The position numbers were made by a program, and so were the translations under genes. Below, one piece after another: positions 18,323 to 28,927 of a DNA stretch of 35,491 nucleotides. Under the pieces are notes generated by a model. The model was not told where the DNA came from, searched no databases, and worked only from the letters and a program-made list of their open reading frames with translations. Each line of letters opens with the position of its first letter. The stretch's first letter is position 1. Where the stretch lies: assembly GCA_944351315.1 (NCBI GenBank), contig CALVPL010000034.1:1-35491 (forward strand), written 5' to 3'. Source of the DNA: an uncultured Bacilli bacterium. Lineage in GTDB: Bacteria > Bacillota_I > Bacilli_A > RF39 > UBA660.

Positions 18323-19066
18323 ATGTCAAAGTCTTACAGTGTCATTAATTTTGGGTTGATAAGTATTCCAGTAGAGTATTCTTCCGCGGTGATTAACAAC
18401 GATATTTCTTTTCATCAACTCCATAAAAAGTGTTTAGAGCGAATTAAATACCAAAAATATTGTCCACATTGTCATAAAGTTTTAAAAGAAAGTGAAATTG
18501 TTAAAGGAATAGTTCATGAGGATGAAGAATTGGTTGTTTTTGAGAAAAAAGAATTAGATGCTTTAAAACCTGAAAATGATGGGGATATTGAGATTGTTTC
18601 ATTTGTTCCTTTAAAAGAAATTGATCCTAAATATATGCAGAAAAATTATTTTTTAATCCCAGCTAAGAAAGGTAAAGCTTACTATTTATTATTAGAGGCT
18701 TTAAAAAAAATGAAATTAGTTGGACTATGTAAAATGATTTTTCATAATAAATTTTATTATGCTATTTTAAGAAGTACAGAGGATTCTTTTTTACTGACAA
18801 CACTTTTTTTTGAAGAGGAAATGCAAGAGGTTCCAAGTTTGAAAATTCCAAAACTTACGAGTAAAGAATTGGAATTAGCTACTTTACTCGTTAAAAAGAT
18901 GCAAGGTCATTTTGAACCCGAAAACTATCACGATGAATATCAAGAAACTGTTTTAAAAGCTATTGATTTAAAAGCCAAGGGAAAAGGGATTCGTAAATCT
19001 AAAAAGAAAACTACTAAGGAACTTTCTAGCTTAATGCAAGCTTTAGAAAAAAGTTTAAAAGCATGA
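18323..19066 (+). CDS. ku: Ku DNA end-binding protein (NHEJ)
   Basis: 'INFGLISIPVEYSSAV', 'FHQLHKKC..RIKYQKYCPHC', and a basic C-terminal tail. ATG 18323 follows AGGTGA. Confidence 0.85.
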   Translation: MSKSYSVINFGLISIPVEYSSAVINNDISFHQLHKKCLERIKYQKYCPHCHKVLKESEIVKGIVHEDEELVVFEKKELDALKPENDGDIEIVSFVPLKEIDPKYMQKNYFLIPAKKGKAYYLLLEALKKMKLVGLCKMIFHNKFYYAILRSTEDSFLLTTLFFEEEMQEVPSLKIPKLTSKELELATLLVKKMQGHFEPENYHDEYQETVLKAIDLKAKGKGIRKSKKKTTKELSSLMQALEKSLKA

Positions 19067-19950
19067 GATTGTTTTTACAATCTTTTAAACCAATGCTTTT
19101 ATCTGAAAAAAAAGAACCTTTTGATTCTAAAAAATATTTTTATGAATTAAAATTTGATGGAATGCGTGCTTTACTTTTTGTTAGTCCTCATTCTTTTAAA
19201 ATTCTTAATCGTCATGAACAAGATGTTACTTATAAATTTCCTGAATTAAAAGAAATTCAAAAAAATGTAATGTCAACTGTTATTTTTGATGGAGAAATTG
19301 TGTGTTTTGATCAAGAAAAAACTAGTTTTGCTTTTTTACAAAAACGTTTTTCTTTAAAAAAAACCTTAAGTATTCAAAAAGCTCTTTTACATTATCCTGT
19401 TTCTTATATTTGTTTCGATATTTTATATGAGAATAAATCTTTAATCGATTTACCTTTAAGTGAACGCAAGAAAATTTTAGCAAAATATCCAAATACTTCT
19501 TATTTTGCAAAATCTCCTGTTTTTTCGGAAGGGAAAAAGTTGTTTTTGCAAGTGAAAAAAATGGGACTTGAAGGAATTGTTGCTAAAAGAAAAGACAGTT
19601 TGTATGAAATAAATTCTCGAACAAGTTCGTGGATAAAAATTAAAAATATTCAACGAGAAGAATTTTTAATTGGGGGATATAAAATAGAAAAACAAAATGT
19701 TTCATTGTATTTAGGAGAAAGACAAGAGAAAAAGATTTATTTTGTTGGTAAGGTTTCTGTTTCGAAAGAAAAGTTTTTAAAAATGAATATTAAAGATTTA
19801 AAAAAAGAAAAATCACCTTTTTGGAATTTTTCTTCTAAAGAAGTTTTGTATGTAAAACCTGTGATTTTTTGTTATGTAGAATTTTTAGAGAAAAGTAAAA
19901 CTGGAAAATTAAGACATCCCGTTTTTCGAGGCTTAGTCAATTTTGACTAA
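19063..19950 (+). CDS. ligD: ATP-dependent DNA ligase, LigD ligase domain only
   Basis: Motif I 'ELKFDGMRA', 'FDGEIV', 'CFDILY', 'EGIVAKRKDSLY', 'WIKIK'. ATGA overlap with ku. At 295 aa there is no room for polymerase or phosphoesterase domains. Confidence 0.85.
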   Translation: MRLFLQSFKPMLLSEKKEPFDSKKYFYELKFDGMRALLFVSPHSFKILNRHEQDVTYKFPELKEIQKNVMSTVIFDGEIVCFDQEKTSFAFLQKRFSLKKTLSIQKALLHYPVSYICFDILYENKSLIDLPLSERKKILAKYPNTSYFAKSPVFSEGKKLFLQVKKMGLEGIVAKRKDSLYEINSRTSSWIKIKNIQREEFLIGGYKIEKQNVSLYLGERQEKKIYFVGKVSVSKEKFLKMNIKDLKKEKSPFWNFSSKEVLYVKPVIFCYVEFLEKSKTGKLRHPVFRGLVNFD

Positions 19951-19959
19951 GTTTTTTTT
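19933..19959 (+). terminator. Rho-independent terminator after ligD
   Basis: Stem TTAGTCA/TGACTAA overlaps the stop and is followed by G+T8. Confidence 0.75.
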
Positions 19960-20041
19960 GGTGAAAAAATTTATCTAATGAATGAAAAAGATTTGAAGGT
20001 GTTAAATTTTCTTGATATATGAAAAATATGTGAATTTTTGC

Positions 20042-20070
20042 TTGCAAAATCGGATTCTTTATAGTAGAAT
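20042..20070 (+). promoter_or_regulatory. Sigma-A-type promoter of the S10 operon
   Basis: TTGCAA (20042-20047), 17-nt spacer, TAGAAT (20065-20070). Confidence 0.6.
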
Positions 20071-20194
20071 TGTTTTCGTATGACGGCGAGGATGTGTGAA
20101 GTTACCGATACACTTGGCGGGGTTGCTGATGTGTAACGGAGAATTTGCATGGAGCAAGTCTATACAAGATATAGGCGAAAGGAGGACATATGTT
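20071..20194 (+). promoter_or_regulatory. About 120-nt 5' leader of the S10 operon, possibly structured
   Basis: Visibly more G+C-rich than the flanks. The ORFs drawn here on both strands (20096 +, 20059 -) are artefacts. SD AAAGGAGGA lies at 20178-20186. Confidence 0.4.
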
Positions 20195-20503
20195 ATGTCA
20201 AAGAGTAAGGTTCGTATCAATTTGAAAGCTTTTGATTCTAAAGTTTTAGATTTAGCAGCTGGTAAAATTGTAGAAACTGTCAAAAGATTAGGAGGTACTG
20301 TTTCTGGCCCTGTTCCTCTTCCAACTGAAATTGAAAGAGTTACAGTTTTAAGAGCTGTACACAAATACAAAGACTCTCGTGAGCAATTTGAAAGTCGTAC
20401 TCATAAGAGACTTATTGATATTTTGGATCCTAGCAAAGAAGTTGTTGATGCTTTAACAAGACTTGATTTACCAAGTGGCGTTGATATTAACATCAAATTA
20501 TAA
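20195..20503 (+). CDS. rpsJ: 30S ribosomal protein S10 (uS10)
   Basis: '[19 protein letters not shown]...' from ATG 20195 after a strong SD. The track's upstream extension is leader sequence. Confidence 0.95.
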   Translation: MSKSKVRINLKAFDSKVLDLAAGKIVETVKRLGGTVSGPVPLPTEIERVTVLRAVHKYKDSREQFESRTHKRLIDILDPSKEVVDALTRLDLPSGVDINIKL

Positions 20504-20526
20504 TAATAAGGAAAGGAAAAAGGAAA

Positions 20527-21294
20527 ATGAAAGGAATCTTAGGACGTAAGGTTGGAATGACTCAAGTTTTCAGTAAAGATGGAAAATTAATTCCTGTTAC
20601 AGTTGTTAGTGTTCCTGCTAACACAGTAATGCAAATTAAAACTAAAGATACTGATGGCTATGATGCAATTCAACTTGGCGTAGTAGACAAGAAAGAAAAA
20701 AATTCTAGTCGTGCAAGTGTTGGACACGCGAAAAAAGCTAACACTACTCCTAAGCGCTTCTTGAAAGAAATTCGCGATTGTGAAGGAAATTATCAAGTAG
20801 GAGATCAAATAAGTGCTGATACTTTTGAAGTTGGAGATATTGTTGATGTTACTGGAACAAGTAAAGGAAAAGGTTTTGCTGGTTCTATCAAAAGACATGG
20901 ACAACATCGTGGACCTACTACTCATGGTTCTAATTATCATCGTGGCCCTGGATCATTAGGAACTATGTTACCAAAAAGAGTATTAAAGGGTAAAAATTTA
21001 CCAGGACATATGGGTGCTGAAACTGTTACTGTTCAAAACCTTGAAATTATTGAAGTAAATCCAGCTGAAGAATATATTTTAGTAAGCGGAAATGTACCTG
21101 GTGCAAAAAATTCACTTGTACTTATTCGCAGTGCAGTGAAAAATACAGTTAAGAAAAATCCAAAAGAAATTATTTCTTATGTGGAAGAAACTGTAGTCGA
21201 TGAAGTAGAAGAAGTAAATCCTACTACTGAGACTGAACCAGTAACTGAAGAAGCTTCTTCAGTAGAAGAAACTGCTGAAGAGAAAGCAGAATAG
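20527..21294 (+). CDS. rplC: 50S ribosomal protein L3 (uL3) with acidic C-terminal tail
   Basis: '[15 protein letters not shown]', '[12 protein letters not shown]'. Conserved operon position. Confidence 0.97.
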   Translation: MKGILGRKVGMTQVFSKDGKLIPVTVVSVPANTVMQIKTKDTDGYDAIQLGVVDKKEKNSSRASVGHAKKANTTPKRFLKEIRDCEGNYQVGDQISADTFEVGDIVDVTGTSKGKGFAGSIKRHGQHRGPTTHGSNYHRGPGSLGTMLPKRVLKGKNLPGHMGAETVTVQNLEIIEVNPAEEYILVSGNVPGAKNSLVLIRSAVKNTVKKNPKEIISYVEETVVDEVEEVNPTTETEPVTEEASSVEETAEEKAE

Positions 21295-21316
21295 AATCAT
21301 AGAAAGGAAATGTAAA

Positions 21317-21946
21317 ATGGCAAAGATTGAAGTTAAAAATTTAGATGCTCAAAAAGTGCGCGACATCACTTTAAATGATTCTATTTGGACTAATCCAGTT
21401 CATGAAGATGCTTTAAAGAAGATGGTTCGCTTACAAATGGCTGCTACACGTCAAGGAACTCATAAAACAAAAAATCGTAGTGAAGTTTCTGGTGGTGGAA
21501 GAAAGCCTTGGAGACAAAAAGGAACAGGACGTGCTCGTCAAGGTTCTACTAGAGCTACTCAATGGGTTGGCGGTGGCATTGCTCACGGTGTACAACCTCG
21601 CGATTATGGATTTAAAATTAATCGTAAAGAAAGAGTTTTAGCTCTTAAAAGTGCATTAGCAGATAAATTTGCTAATAAAGCTGTTGTTGTTTTTGAATCT
21701 TTAGATCTTCCTAGTTTGAAAACTAAAGAAATTAAAAACATGATTAAAAATGCTAATTTAGAAGGCAAGATTTTATTTGTAACCGCTGAAGATTGTGAAA
21801 ATCTTTATATGGCTTGTCGTAATTTAGGATATGCTTATCATATTCTAGCAGATGAAATTAATGTGTTAGACATTTTAAATGCAGATACATTAGTTCTTGA
21901 TGAAGCTGCAGTGAAATTTATCGAGGAGGGTATGTTAAATGCGTAA
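21317..21946 (+). CDS. rplD: 50S ribosomal protein L4 (uL4)
   Basis: 'GGGRKPWRQKGTGRARQGS'. Conserved operon position. Confidence 0.97.
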   Translation: MAKIEVKNLDAQKVRDITLNDSIWTNPVHEDALKKMVRLQMAATRQGTHKTKNRSEVSGGGRKPWRQKGTGRARQGSTRATQWVGGGIAHGVQPRDYGFKINRKERVLALKSALADKFANKAVVVFESLDLPSLKTKEIKNMIKNANLEGKILFVTAEDCENLYMACRNLGYAYHILADEINVLDILNADTLVLDEAAVKFIEEGMLNA

Positions 21947-22211
21947 TCCAGATATTATTTTAGGACCAGTTATTACTGAAAAAAGTGTTATGGCTCAACA
22001 AAATGGTGTATATGTTTTTAAAGTAGACAAGAAAGCTACAAAAACACAAATTAAAAGCGAAATTGAACGTCATTTTGGAGTTAAGGTTTTAAATGTTAAT
22101 ACCTTAAATACTAAGCCAAAAGATCGTCGTGTAGGTAGATATACTGGTAAAACAAAAACTTATAAGAAAGCAATTGTAACCTTAGCACAAGGTTCATCAA
22201 TTGAAATGTAG
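21939..22211 (+). CDS. rplW: 50S ribosomal protein L23 (uL23)
   Basis: '[10 protein letters not shown]...[15 protein letters not shown]'. Overlaps the rplD end by 8 nt. Confidence 0.95.
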   Translation: MRNPDIILGPVITEKSVMAQQNGVYVFKVDKKATKTQIKSEIERHFGVKVLNVNTLNTKPKDRRVGRYTGKTKTYKKAIVTLAQGSSIEM

Positions 22212-22225
22212 GGAGGGAAACAGTT

Positions 22226-23056
22226 ATGGCAATTAAAAAATATAAACCAACGACAAATGGACGTCGTGGAATGTCAACTTTAGCTAATGAAGAAATTACA
22301 ACTTCTACTCCTACAAAATCTTTATTAAAAAAAGCTCGTAAGACTGGAGGACGTAACAATCAAGGTAAACTTACTGTTCGTCATATTGGTGGAGGAGCTA
22401 AAAGAAAATATCGTGTTATTGACTTTAAGAGAAATAAAGTTGGTGTAACTGGTAGAGTTGCAACCATCGAATATGATCCAAATCGTAATGCGAATATTGC
22501 GCTTATTAACTATTTAGATGGAGAAAAAAGATATATCATTGCTCCTAAAGGTTTAAAGGTAGGAATGATTATTGAAAACGGTGCAGATGCAGATATTAAA
22601 GTTGGTAATGCTTTACCTCTTCAAAATATTCCTGTAGGTACTGTTGTTCATTGTATTGAACTTAATCCTGGAAGTGGAGCAAGTTTATGCCGTAGTGCCG
22701 GAACTTCTGCTCAAATTTTAGGAAGAGAAGATAAATATGTTTTAGTTCGTTTACAATCTGGTGAAACAAGAAAGATTTTAGGTACTTGTATGGCTACTAT
22801 TGGTGTAGTTGGCAACGAAGATTATGAACTTGTTAACATCGGTAAAGCTGGACGTACTAGACATATGGGAATTCGTCCTACAAACCGTGGTTCTGTTATG
22901 AACCCTAATGATCACCCACATGGTGGTGGTGAAGGACGTGCTCCAGTTGGACGTAAGAGTCCGATGACACCTTGGGGTAAACCTGCTCTTGGTTATAAAA
23001 CTAGAAAAAATAAAAAGGCTTCTGACAAACTTATTGTTAGTCGTAGAAAGAAATAA
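22226..23056 (+). CDS. rplB: 50S ribosomal protein L2 (uL2)
   Basis: '[14 protein letters not shown]', '[13 protein letters not shown]'. Confidence 0.98.
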   Translation: MAIKKYKPTTNGRRGMSTLANEEITTSTPTKSLLKKARKTGGRNNQGKLTVRHIGGGAKRKYRVIDFKRNKVGVTGRVATIEYDPNRNANIALINYLDGEKRYIIAPKGLKVGMIIENGADADIKVGNALPLQNIPVGTVVHCIELNPGSGASLCRSAGTSAQILGREDKYVLVRLQSGETRKILGTCMATIGVVGNEDYELVNIGKAGRTRHMGIRPTNRGSVMNPNDHPHGGGEGRAPVGRKSPMTPWGKPALGYKTRKNKKASDKLIVSRRKK

Positions 23057-23068
23057 TAGGAGGGAAAT

Positions 23069-23332
23069 ATGGCAAGAAGTTTAAAAAAAGGACCTTTCGC
23101 TGATAAGCATTTATTAGATAAGGTTGAAAAATTAAATAAAGATAATAAAAAAGAAGTTATTAAAACATATTCTCGTCGTTCTACAATTTTCCCTAGCTTT
23201 GTTGGTCATACATTTGCTGTTCATAACGGAAAAGAATTTATTCCAGTTTATGTTACAGAAGAAATGGTAGGTCATAAATTAGGTGAATTTGCGGCTACAC
23301 GTAAGTTCGGCGGACACGCAGGTCAGAAGTAG
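23069..23332 (+). CDS. rpsS: 30S ribosomal protein S19 (uS19)
   Basis: '[10 protein letters not shown]', '[13 protein letters not shown]'. Confidence 0.97.
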   Translation: MARSLKKGPFADKHLLDKVEKLNKDNKKEVIKTYSRRSTIFPSFVGHTFAVHNGKEFIPVYVTEEMVGHKLGEFAATRKFGGHAGQK

Positions 23333-23342
23333 GAGGTAGTAC

Positions 23343-23693
23343 ATGGAAACATATGCAATTCATAAAAGTGCTATGGTAGCCCCAAGAAAAGCAAGAATGA
23401 CTTTAGACTTAATTCGTGGAAAAGACATTCAAGCTGCTCGTGCTATCTTAGATACTACAAATACAAAATCAAGTCGTTTAATTCGTAAAGTTTTAGAAAG
23501 TGCTGTTGCAAATGCTGTAAATAACAATGGTGCTAAAGAAACAGATTTATTTATCTCTGAATGTTATATTAATCCAGGACCTGTGTTAAAACGTATTAAG
23601 TTTGCCAGTCGTGGAAATGTAGATAGAAGAGATAAGAGAACTAGTCATATTTTAGTTCGTGTAAGTGATGAGAAAAAAGGAGGCAACAAATAA
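23343..23693 (+). CDS. rplV: 50S ribosomal protein L22 (uL22)
   Basis: '[15 protein letters not shown]'. Conserved operon position. Confidence 0.95.
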   Translation: METYAIHKSAMVAPRKARMTLDLIRGKDIQAARAILDTTNTKSSRLIRKVLESAVANAVNNNGAKETDLFISECYINPGPVLKRIKFASRGNVDRRDKRTSHILVRVSDEKKGGNK

Positions 23694-24376
23694 TGGGACA
23701 AAAAGTAAATCCTATTGGTTATCGTTTAGGTGTCAATAAAGATTGGGATTCTAGATGGTATGCAAATAAAAAAGATTTTGGAACAACTTTAAATAAAGAC
23801 TTAAAAATTCGTGAATATTTAAAGAAAAATCTTAAAGATGCAGCTGTTGCTTCTATCGTTATTGAACGTAAGAAAAATCGCGTAGATGTAACAATCAATA
23901 CTGCGAAACCTGGTGTAATCATCGGTCGTGGTGGAGAAGATATCGATAAACTTCGTAAAGCTTTAGCTCGTGAAGTTCATGAAGATGTTTATGTATCTAT
24001 CGTTGATGTTTCTAAACAAGCAGATTTAAATGCTCAATTAGTTGCAGATAATATTGCAATGCAAATTGAAAATCGTGCACCTTTTAGAAGTGCTCAAAAA
24101 AGAGCAATTAGAAACACTATGAAAGCTGGAGCAAAAGGAATTAAAACTTTAGTTTCTGGTCGTTTAGGTGGTGTTGAAATGGCTCGTAGTGAAGGATATA
24201 CAGAAGGTACTGTGCCACTTCATACAATTCGTGCTGACATTGATTATGCTCAATCTGAAGCAGATACAACTTATGGTAAGATCGGTGTTAAAGTATGGAT
24301 TTATAAAGGGGAAATTCTTCCTGGTAAGAAAAATGTAAAGGAGCGTGACCAACATGTTGATGCCAAAAAGAACTAA
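23693..24376 (+). CDS. rpsC: 30S ribosomal protein S3 (uS3)
   Basis: '[24 protein letters not shown]'. Confidence 0.97.
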   Translation: MGQKVNPIGYRLGVNKDWDSRWYANKKDFGTTLNKDLKIREYLKKNLKDAAVASIVIERKKNRVDVTINTAKPGVIIGRGGEDIDKLRKALAREVHEDVYVSIVDVSKQADLNAQLVADNIAMQIENRAPFRSAQKRAIRNTMKAGAKGIKTLVSGRLGGVEMARSEGYTEGTVPLHTIRADIDYAQSEADTTYGKIGVKVWIYKGEILPGKKNVKERDQHVDAKKN

Positions 24377-24770
24377 ATATCGTAAACCACATCGTTTATC
24401 TTATGAAGGTCATGCAAAAGGAAATACTGAATTACATTTTGGTGAGTATGGATTAAAAGCTTTAGAAGGTAATTATGTAAGTGCTCGTCAAATTGAAGCA
24501 GCTCGTATTGCGATGACTCGTTTTATGAAACGTGGTGGAAAAGTTTATATCAATATTTTCCCTCATTTAGCTAGAACGAAAAAACCTTTAGAAACTCGTC
24601 AAGGTAAAGGTAAAGGTAACGTTGAAGAATGGGTTGCTGTTGTTAAAGAAGGAAAAATTATGTTTGAAGTTGCAGGTGTTGATGAAGCTACAGCTCGTGA
24701 AGCACTTCGTCTTGCTTCTCACAAATTACCTGTAAAATGTAAATTTGTTAAAAAGGAAGGTGAAAACTAA
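24354..24770 (+). CDS. rplP: 50S ribosomal protein L16 (uL16)
   Basis: '[11 protein letters not shown]' from ATG 24354, with AAAGGAG upstream. Overlaps the rpsC end. Confidence 0.95.
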   Translation: MLMPKRTKYRKPHRLSYEGHAKGNTELHFGEYGLKALEGNYVSARQIEAARIAMTRFMKRGGKVYINIFPHLARTKKPLETRQGKGKGNVEEWVAVVKEGKIMFEVAGVDEATAREALRLASHKLPVKCKFVKKEGEN

Positions 24771-24982
24771 TGACTGCTCAAGAAATTCGCAAGTTATCTA
24801 ATGAAGAAATTTTAGAAAAGATTAAAGCTGGAAAAAGTGAATTATTAGATATGCGTATGCAAAATGCAAGAGGTGCATTAGAAAAACCTTCAAAAATTAA
24901 TGCTTTAAAGAAAGATATTGCACGAATGATGACAATTTTAAAAGAAAGAGAAATTGATTCTCAAGTAGGAGGTAACAAATAA
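24770..24982 (+). CDS. rpmC: 50S ribosomal protein L29 (uL29)
   Basis: 70-aa helical protein, '[14 protein letters not shown]...LDMRMQ'. Conserved operon position. Confidence 0.93.
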   Translation: MTAQEIRKLSNEEILEKIKAGKSELLDMRMQNARGALEKPSKINALKKDIARMMTILKEREIDSQVGGNK

Positions 24983-25242
24983 TGGCACAAGAAAAGAAAC
25001 AAGAACTTGTTGGTAAAGTTGTAAGTGCGAAAAGCGATAAAACTATTACCGTATTAGTTGAAACTCATAAAAAACATCCATTATATGGCAAGAGAGTTAA
25101 ATACTCAAAAAAATATGCTGCACATGATGAAAAAAATGTAGCTAAAGTAGGAGATACAGTTAGAATTAGAGCCACAAGACCATTATCTAAAACAAAAAGA
25201 TATGAACTTGTTGATGTTTTAATTGAAGCTGTTATTTTGTAG
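24982..25242 (+). CDS. rpsQ: 30S ribosomal protein S17 (uS17)
   Basis: '[18 protein letters not shown]...HPLYGKRV'. Confidence 0.95.
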   Translation: MAQEKKQELVGKVVSAKSDKTITVLVETHKKHPLYGKRVKYSKKYAAHDEKNVAKVGDTVRIRATRPLSKTKRYELVDVLIEAVIL

Positions 25243-25252
25243 GAGGTAACTC

Positions 25253-25621
25253 ATGATAATGCAAGAATCAAGACTTAAAGTTGCCGATAATACTGGTGCT
25301 CGTGAAGTACTTGTTATTCGCCCTTTAGGTGGAAGTAAAAGAAAAACTGCTAATATTGGAGATGTTGTAGTTTGTACGGTAAAGAAAGCCATTCCAAATG
25401 GTACTCTAAAAAAAGGAAAAGTTGTTAAAGCTGTCATTGTAAGAAGTGTTGAAGGTGTTCGTCGTGCTGATGGAAGTTATATTAAATTTGATGATAATGC
25501 ATGCGTTATTATTAAAGATGATAAAACACCAGTTGGTACTCGTGTATTAGGTCCAGTTGCAAGAGAGCTTCGTGAAAAAGATTACATGAAGATTGTCTCT
25601 TTAGCTAGTGAAGTTATTTAG
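25253..25621 (+). CDS. rplN: 50S ribosomal protein L14 (uL14)
   Basis: '[19 protein letters not shown]'. Confidence 0.97.
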   Translation: MIMQESRLKVADNTGAREVLVIRPLGGSKRKTANIGDVVVCTVKKAIPNGTLKKGKVVKAVIVRSVEGVRRADGSYIKFDDNACVIIKDDKTPVGTRVLGPVARELREKDYMKIVSLASEVI

Positions 25622-25630
25622 GAGGTATTT

Positions 25631-25894
25631 ATGAAGATTAAAACAAATGATCAAGTACTTGTTTTAGCTGGTAAAGATAAAGGTAAAACAGGTCGTGTAT
25701 TAAGAGTTCTTAGAAAAGAAGAACGCGTTGTTGTTGAAGGCGTAAATATTGTAAAGAAACATCAAAAACCTAATAATGCGAATGAAAATGGTGGTATTTT
25801 CGAAATAGAAGCACCTATTCATGTTTCTAACGTTAAAAAAATAGAAGAAACAAGCAAGACGAAAAAAGAATCAAAGAAAGATAAGAAAGATTAA
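25631..25894 (+). CDS. rplX: 50S ribosomal protein L24 (uL24), Lys-rich C-terminal tail
   Basis: '[20 protein letters not shown]', '[11 protein letters not shown]'. Confidence 0.95.
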   Translation: MKIKTNDQVLVLAGKDKGKTGRVLRVLRKEERVVVEGVNIVKKHQKPNNANENGGIFEIEAPIHVSNVKKIEETSKTKKESKKDKKD

Positions 25895-25905
25895 GGTGGG
25901 AATTT

Positions 25906-26445
25906 ATGAGTACATTTAAAGAATTATATAAAAAGGAAATTATTCCTGCATTAATGAATGAATTTCATTACAAGTCAGTTATGCAAGTTCCTAAATTAGA
26001 AAAAATTGTCATTAATATCGGTGTTGGTGAAGGCCATAACGATGAAAAATTTATTGATGCTGCATTAAAAGATCTTGAGACAATTACTGGTCAAAAAGCT
26101 GTTGTAACTAAAGCTCATAAATCTATTGCAGGATTTAAAATTCGTGAAGGACAACCTATTGGTGTAAAAACTACATTAAGAGGTGAAAAAATGTATGTTT
26201 TCTTTGAAAAATTAGTGAAAGTTGCTTTACCTCGTGTACGTGATTTTAGAGGTGTTAGCAAAACTGCATTTGATGGACATGGAAATTATACATTAGGCAT
26301 TAAAGAACAATTAATTTTTCCAGAAATTGAATACGATAATATTTTAAAAATTCGTGGTATGGACGTTGTATTTGTTACAACTGCTCAAACGAATGAAGAA
26401 GCTAAGGCATTACTTGCACATTTCAATATGCCTTTCAAGGGTTAG
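25906..26445 (+). CDS. rplE: 50S ribosomal protein L5 (uL5)
   Basis: '[18 protein letters not shown]', '[11 protein letters not shown]'. Confidence 0.97.
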   Translation: MSTFKELYKKEIIPALMNEFHYKSVMQVPKLEKIVINIGVGEGHNDEKFIDAALKDLETITGQKAVVTKAHKSIAGFKIREGQPIGVKTTLRGEKMYVFFEKLVKVALPRVRDFRGVSKTAFDGHGNYTLGIKEQLIFPEIEYDNILKIRGMDVVFVTTAQTNEEAKALLAHFNMPFKG

Positions 26446-26454
26446 GAGGACACT

Positions 26455-26640
26455 ATGGCAAAAACTAGTTTAAAAGTAAAACAATCTCGCAAACCAAAAT
26501 TTAGTACACGTGCGTACACTCGTTGCGAAAGATGTGGAAGACCTCATGGTGTTCTACGTAAATATCATTTATGCCGTATTTGCTTTAGAGAATTAGCAAA
26601 TGAAGGAAAAATTCCTGGCGTAAAGAAAGCAAGTTGGTAG
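26455..26640 (+). CDS. rpsN: 30S ribosomal protein S14, zinc-binding type Z (uS14)
   Basis: 61 aa with 'CERCGRPHG...CRICFRE' (CxxC...CxxC). Confidence 0.96.
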   Translation: MAKTSLKVKQSRKPKFSTRAYTRCERCGRPHGVLRKYHLCRICFRELANEGKIPGVKKASW

Positions 26641-26656
26641 GAAGGAGGAATTTACA

Positions 26657-27052
26657 ATGGTACAAGATAAAATAGCAGATATGCTTACAAGAATTCGTAA
26701 TGCAAATCAACTTAAATATGATACAGTTGAAGTTATTGGTACAAAGATGACTTTAGGCATTGCTGAAATTTTAAAAAGAGAAGGTTATATCAGTGATTTT
26801 GTTTATGAAAAAGGAACAAATGGCGATAAACTTACTTTAACTTTAAAATATGGTGATCGTAAAGAAAGAGTTATTACTGGTTTAAAACGCATTAGTAAGT
26901 CTGGTTTACGAGTTTATGCTAAAGCTCAAGAAATTCCTCATGTTCTTAATGGACTTGGAATTGCAATTATATCCACTTCAAAAGGATTAATGACAGATAA
27001 AGAAGCTAGAGAGGCTAAGTTAGGAGGCGAAGTTCTTGCCTATATTTGGTAA
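26657..27052 (+). CDS. rpsH: 30S ribosomal protein S8 (uS8)
   Basis: '[12 protein letters not shown]', C-terminal 'GGEVLAYIW'. Confidence 0.97.
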   Translation: MVQDKIADMLTRIRNANQLKYDTVEVIGTKMTLGIAEILKREGYISDFVYEKGTNGDKLTLTLKYGDRKERVITGLKRISKSGLRVYAKAQEIPHVLNGLGIAIISTSKGLMTDKEAREAKLGGEVLAYIW

Positions 27053-27060
27053 GCAAATTT

Positions 27061-27600
27061 ATGAGTAGAATTGGAAAACGTAAATTACAAATCCCAACTG
27101 GTGTTGAAGCAACTTTAAATGATAACATTTTAACTGTTAAAAGTGGTAAAGGAAGTTTAACTTTAGCTATTGATCCTTTAATTGAAGTTGTAGTTCAAGA
27201 TGGAGTTATTGAAACAAATAAAAAAGAGGAAAGTCCTCGTGCGAATGTCGTACAAGGTACGATGAATTCTCTTATTAATAACATGTTAATTGGTGTTAGT
27301 GAGGGATATAAAAAAGGTCTTGAAATTGTCGGTGTAGGTTATCGTTTCAATGTTCAAGGAAATAAATTAAATATCAGTGCTGGTTTCTCTCATCCAGTTG
27401 TTGTAACTGCTCCAGAGGGAATCAATATTGTTTCTGTAAGTAATACAGAAATTAGTATTGAAGGTATTGATAAACAAAAAGTAACTGAATTTGCGGCTAA
27501 AATTCGTGAAATAAGAAGCCCAGAACCTTATAAAGGTAAAGGAATTCGTTATAAAGGCGAACATATACGTCGTAAAGAAGGTAAGAAAGCGGCTAAGTAG
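27061..27600 (+). CDS. rplF: 50S ribosomal protein L6 (uL6)
   Basis: '[16 protein letters not shown]' from ATG 27061. The track's start at 27046 overlaps rpsH. Confidence 0.95.
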   Translation: MSRIGKRKLQIPTGVEATLNDNILTVKSGKGSLTLAIDPLIEVVVQDGVIETNKKEESPRANVVQGTMNSLINNMLIGVSEGYKKGLEIVGVGYRFNVQGNKLNISAGFSHPVVVTAPEGINIVSVSNTEISIEGIDKQKVTEFAAKIREIRSPEPYKGKGIRYKGEHIRRKEGKKAAK

Positions 27601-27608
27601 GTGATGAT

Positions 27609-27962
27609 ATGATAAAGAAAGAATCAAGAAATGTAATGCGTCAAAGACGTCATGCAAGAGTACGTAAAAATCTTAGTGGAACTAGTAGTGTTCCAAGACT
27701 AAATGTATTCCGTTCTAATAAAGAAATCTATGCACAAGTTATAGATGACGAGACTGGTACTACTTTAGTTAGCTCTTCTTCTAAAGTATTAAAAATTAAT
27801 GGAAGCAATGTTGAAGGTGCTAAAGCTGTTGGAAAAGATATTGCTTTAAAATGTAAAGATGCAAAAATAACAAAAGTCGTATTTGATAGAGGTGGATATC
27901 TTTATCATGGACGTGTTGCTGCTTTAGCAGATGCTGCACGTGAAAACGGCTTAGAAATATAG
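27609..27962 (+). CDS. rplR: 50S ribosomal protein L18 (uL18)
   Basis: '[15 protein letters not shown]', '[21 protein letters not shown]'. Confidence 0.96.
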   Translation: MIKKESRNVMRQRRHARVRKNLSGTSSVPRLNVFRSNKEIYAQVIDDETGTTLVSSSSKVLKINGSNVEGAKAVGKDIALKCKDAKITKVVFDRGGYLYHGRVAALADAARENGLEI

Positions 27963-27974
27963 GAGGGAACGATT

Positions 27975-28481
27975 ATGGCTAGAACACAAAATAATGATTC
28001 AAGAAAAAAATTATTAGAAGAAAAAGTTATTAACCTTAGTCGTGTTACTAAAGTTACTAAAGGTGGTAGACATTTTCGTTTCTCTGCTACAGTAGTTGTT
28101 GGTAACCGTAAAGGATTAGTTGGAATTGGTACTGGAAAAGCAAATGAAGTAAACGATGCTATTTCTAAAGCTAGTAAAGCTGCAAATAAAAATGTTATTC
28201 GTGTAGCAATTCAAGATAATCGTACGATTCCTCATGAAGCTACTGGAAAAGTTGGACGAGCTGTTGTTTTAATTAAACCTGCTATTGCTGGTAAAGGAGT
28301 AATTGCTGGTGGTGCTGCTCGTGCTGTCTTAGAATTAGCGGGTGTTAAAGATATTATTTCTAAGAGTTTAGGAAGTAATTCACAAGTCAATGTTGCTAAG
28401 GCTACTTTAGAAGCATTAAAATCTGTACGTACTCCTGCTAAGATTGCTCAATTACGTGGTAAGAAAGTTGAGGAGTTATAA
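27975..28481 (+). CDS. rpsE: 30S ribosomal protein S5 (uS5)
   Basis: '[27 protein letters not shown]'. Confidence 0.97.
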   Translation: MARTQNNDSRKKLLEEKVINLSRVTKVTKGGRHFRFSATVVVGNRKGLVGIGTGKANEVNDAISKASKAANKNVIRVAIQDNRTIPHEATGKVGRAVVLIKPAIAGKGVIAGGAARAVLELAGVKDIISKSLGSNSQVNVAKATLEALKSVRTPAKIAQLRGKKVEEL

Positions 28482-28482
28482 T

Positions 28483-28926
28483 ATGAGATTAGAAAATTTA
28501 CCAAAAACTAAGGAATTAAAAACTGTTAAAAGAGTTGGACGTGGACCTGGTTCTGGAATGGGAAAAACTTCTACTCATGGTCAAAAAGGTCAAAAAGCTA
28601 GAAGCGGTGTAAGTATTTCAGCATGGTTCCAAGGTGGACAATCTCCTTTATATAGAAGAATTCCTAAAAGAGGTTTTAAAAATACTCGTTTTGAAACAAA
28701 ATACGCGGTTATTAATTTAAGTGATTTAGATAAATTCTTTAAAGATGGAGACGTTGTTACTCCAGAAGTTTTAAAGGAAAAAGGAATCATTAAAAAACAA
28801 TTAGATGGCGTGAAAGTTTTAGCAAACGGTAATTTAACGAAAAAGTTAACTGTTAAAGCACAACGTTTTTCAAGTGTTGCTGTTACTAAAATCGAAAATG
28901 CAGGTGGAAATACTGAGGTGATCTAA
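28483..28926 (+). CDS. rplO: 50S ribosomal protein L15 (uL15)
   Basis: 'MRLENL...[26 protein letters not shown]' from ATG 28483, only 1 nt after the rpsE stop. GAGGAG SD lies at 28470-28475. Confidence 0.95.
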   Translation: MRLENLPKTKELKTVKRVGRGPGSGMGKTSTHGQKGQKARSGVSISAWFQGGQSPLYRRIPKRGFKNTRFETKYAVINLSDLDKFFKDGDVVTPEVLKEKGIIKKQLDGVKVLANGNLTKKLTVKAQRFSSVAVTKIENAGGNTEVI

Positions 28927-28927
28927 G

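Noticed and set aside
18706-19363. A8/T8 homopolymer tracts inside ku and the ligase (e.g. 18804-18811, 19106-19113, 19356-19363) as phase-variation switches
   Set aside because: Runs of this length are frequent across this AT-rich window, including in essential genes. All frames are intact, so there is no specific evidence for slippage.
20096-20194. N-terminal extension of rpsJ suggested by the ORF track (start at 20096)
   Set aside because: uS10 homology begins at '[14 protein letters not shown]' (ATG 20195), which has a perfect AAAGGAGGA SD. The upstream part is the transcribed leader.
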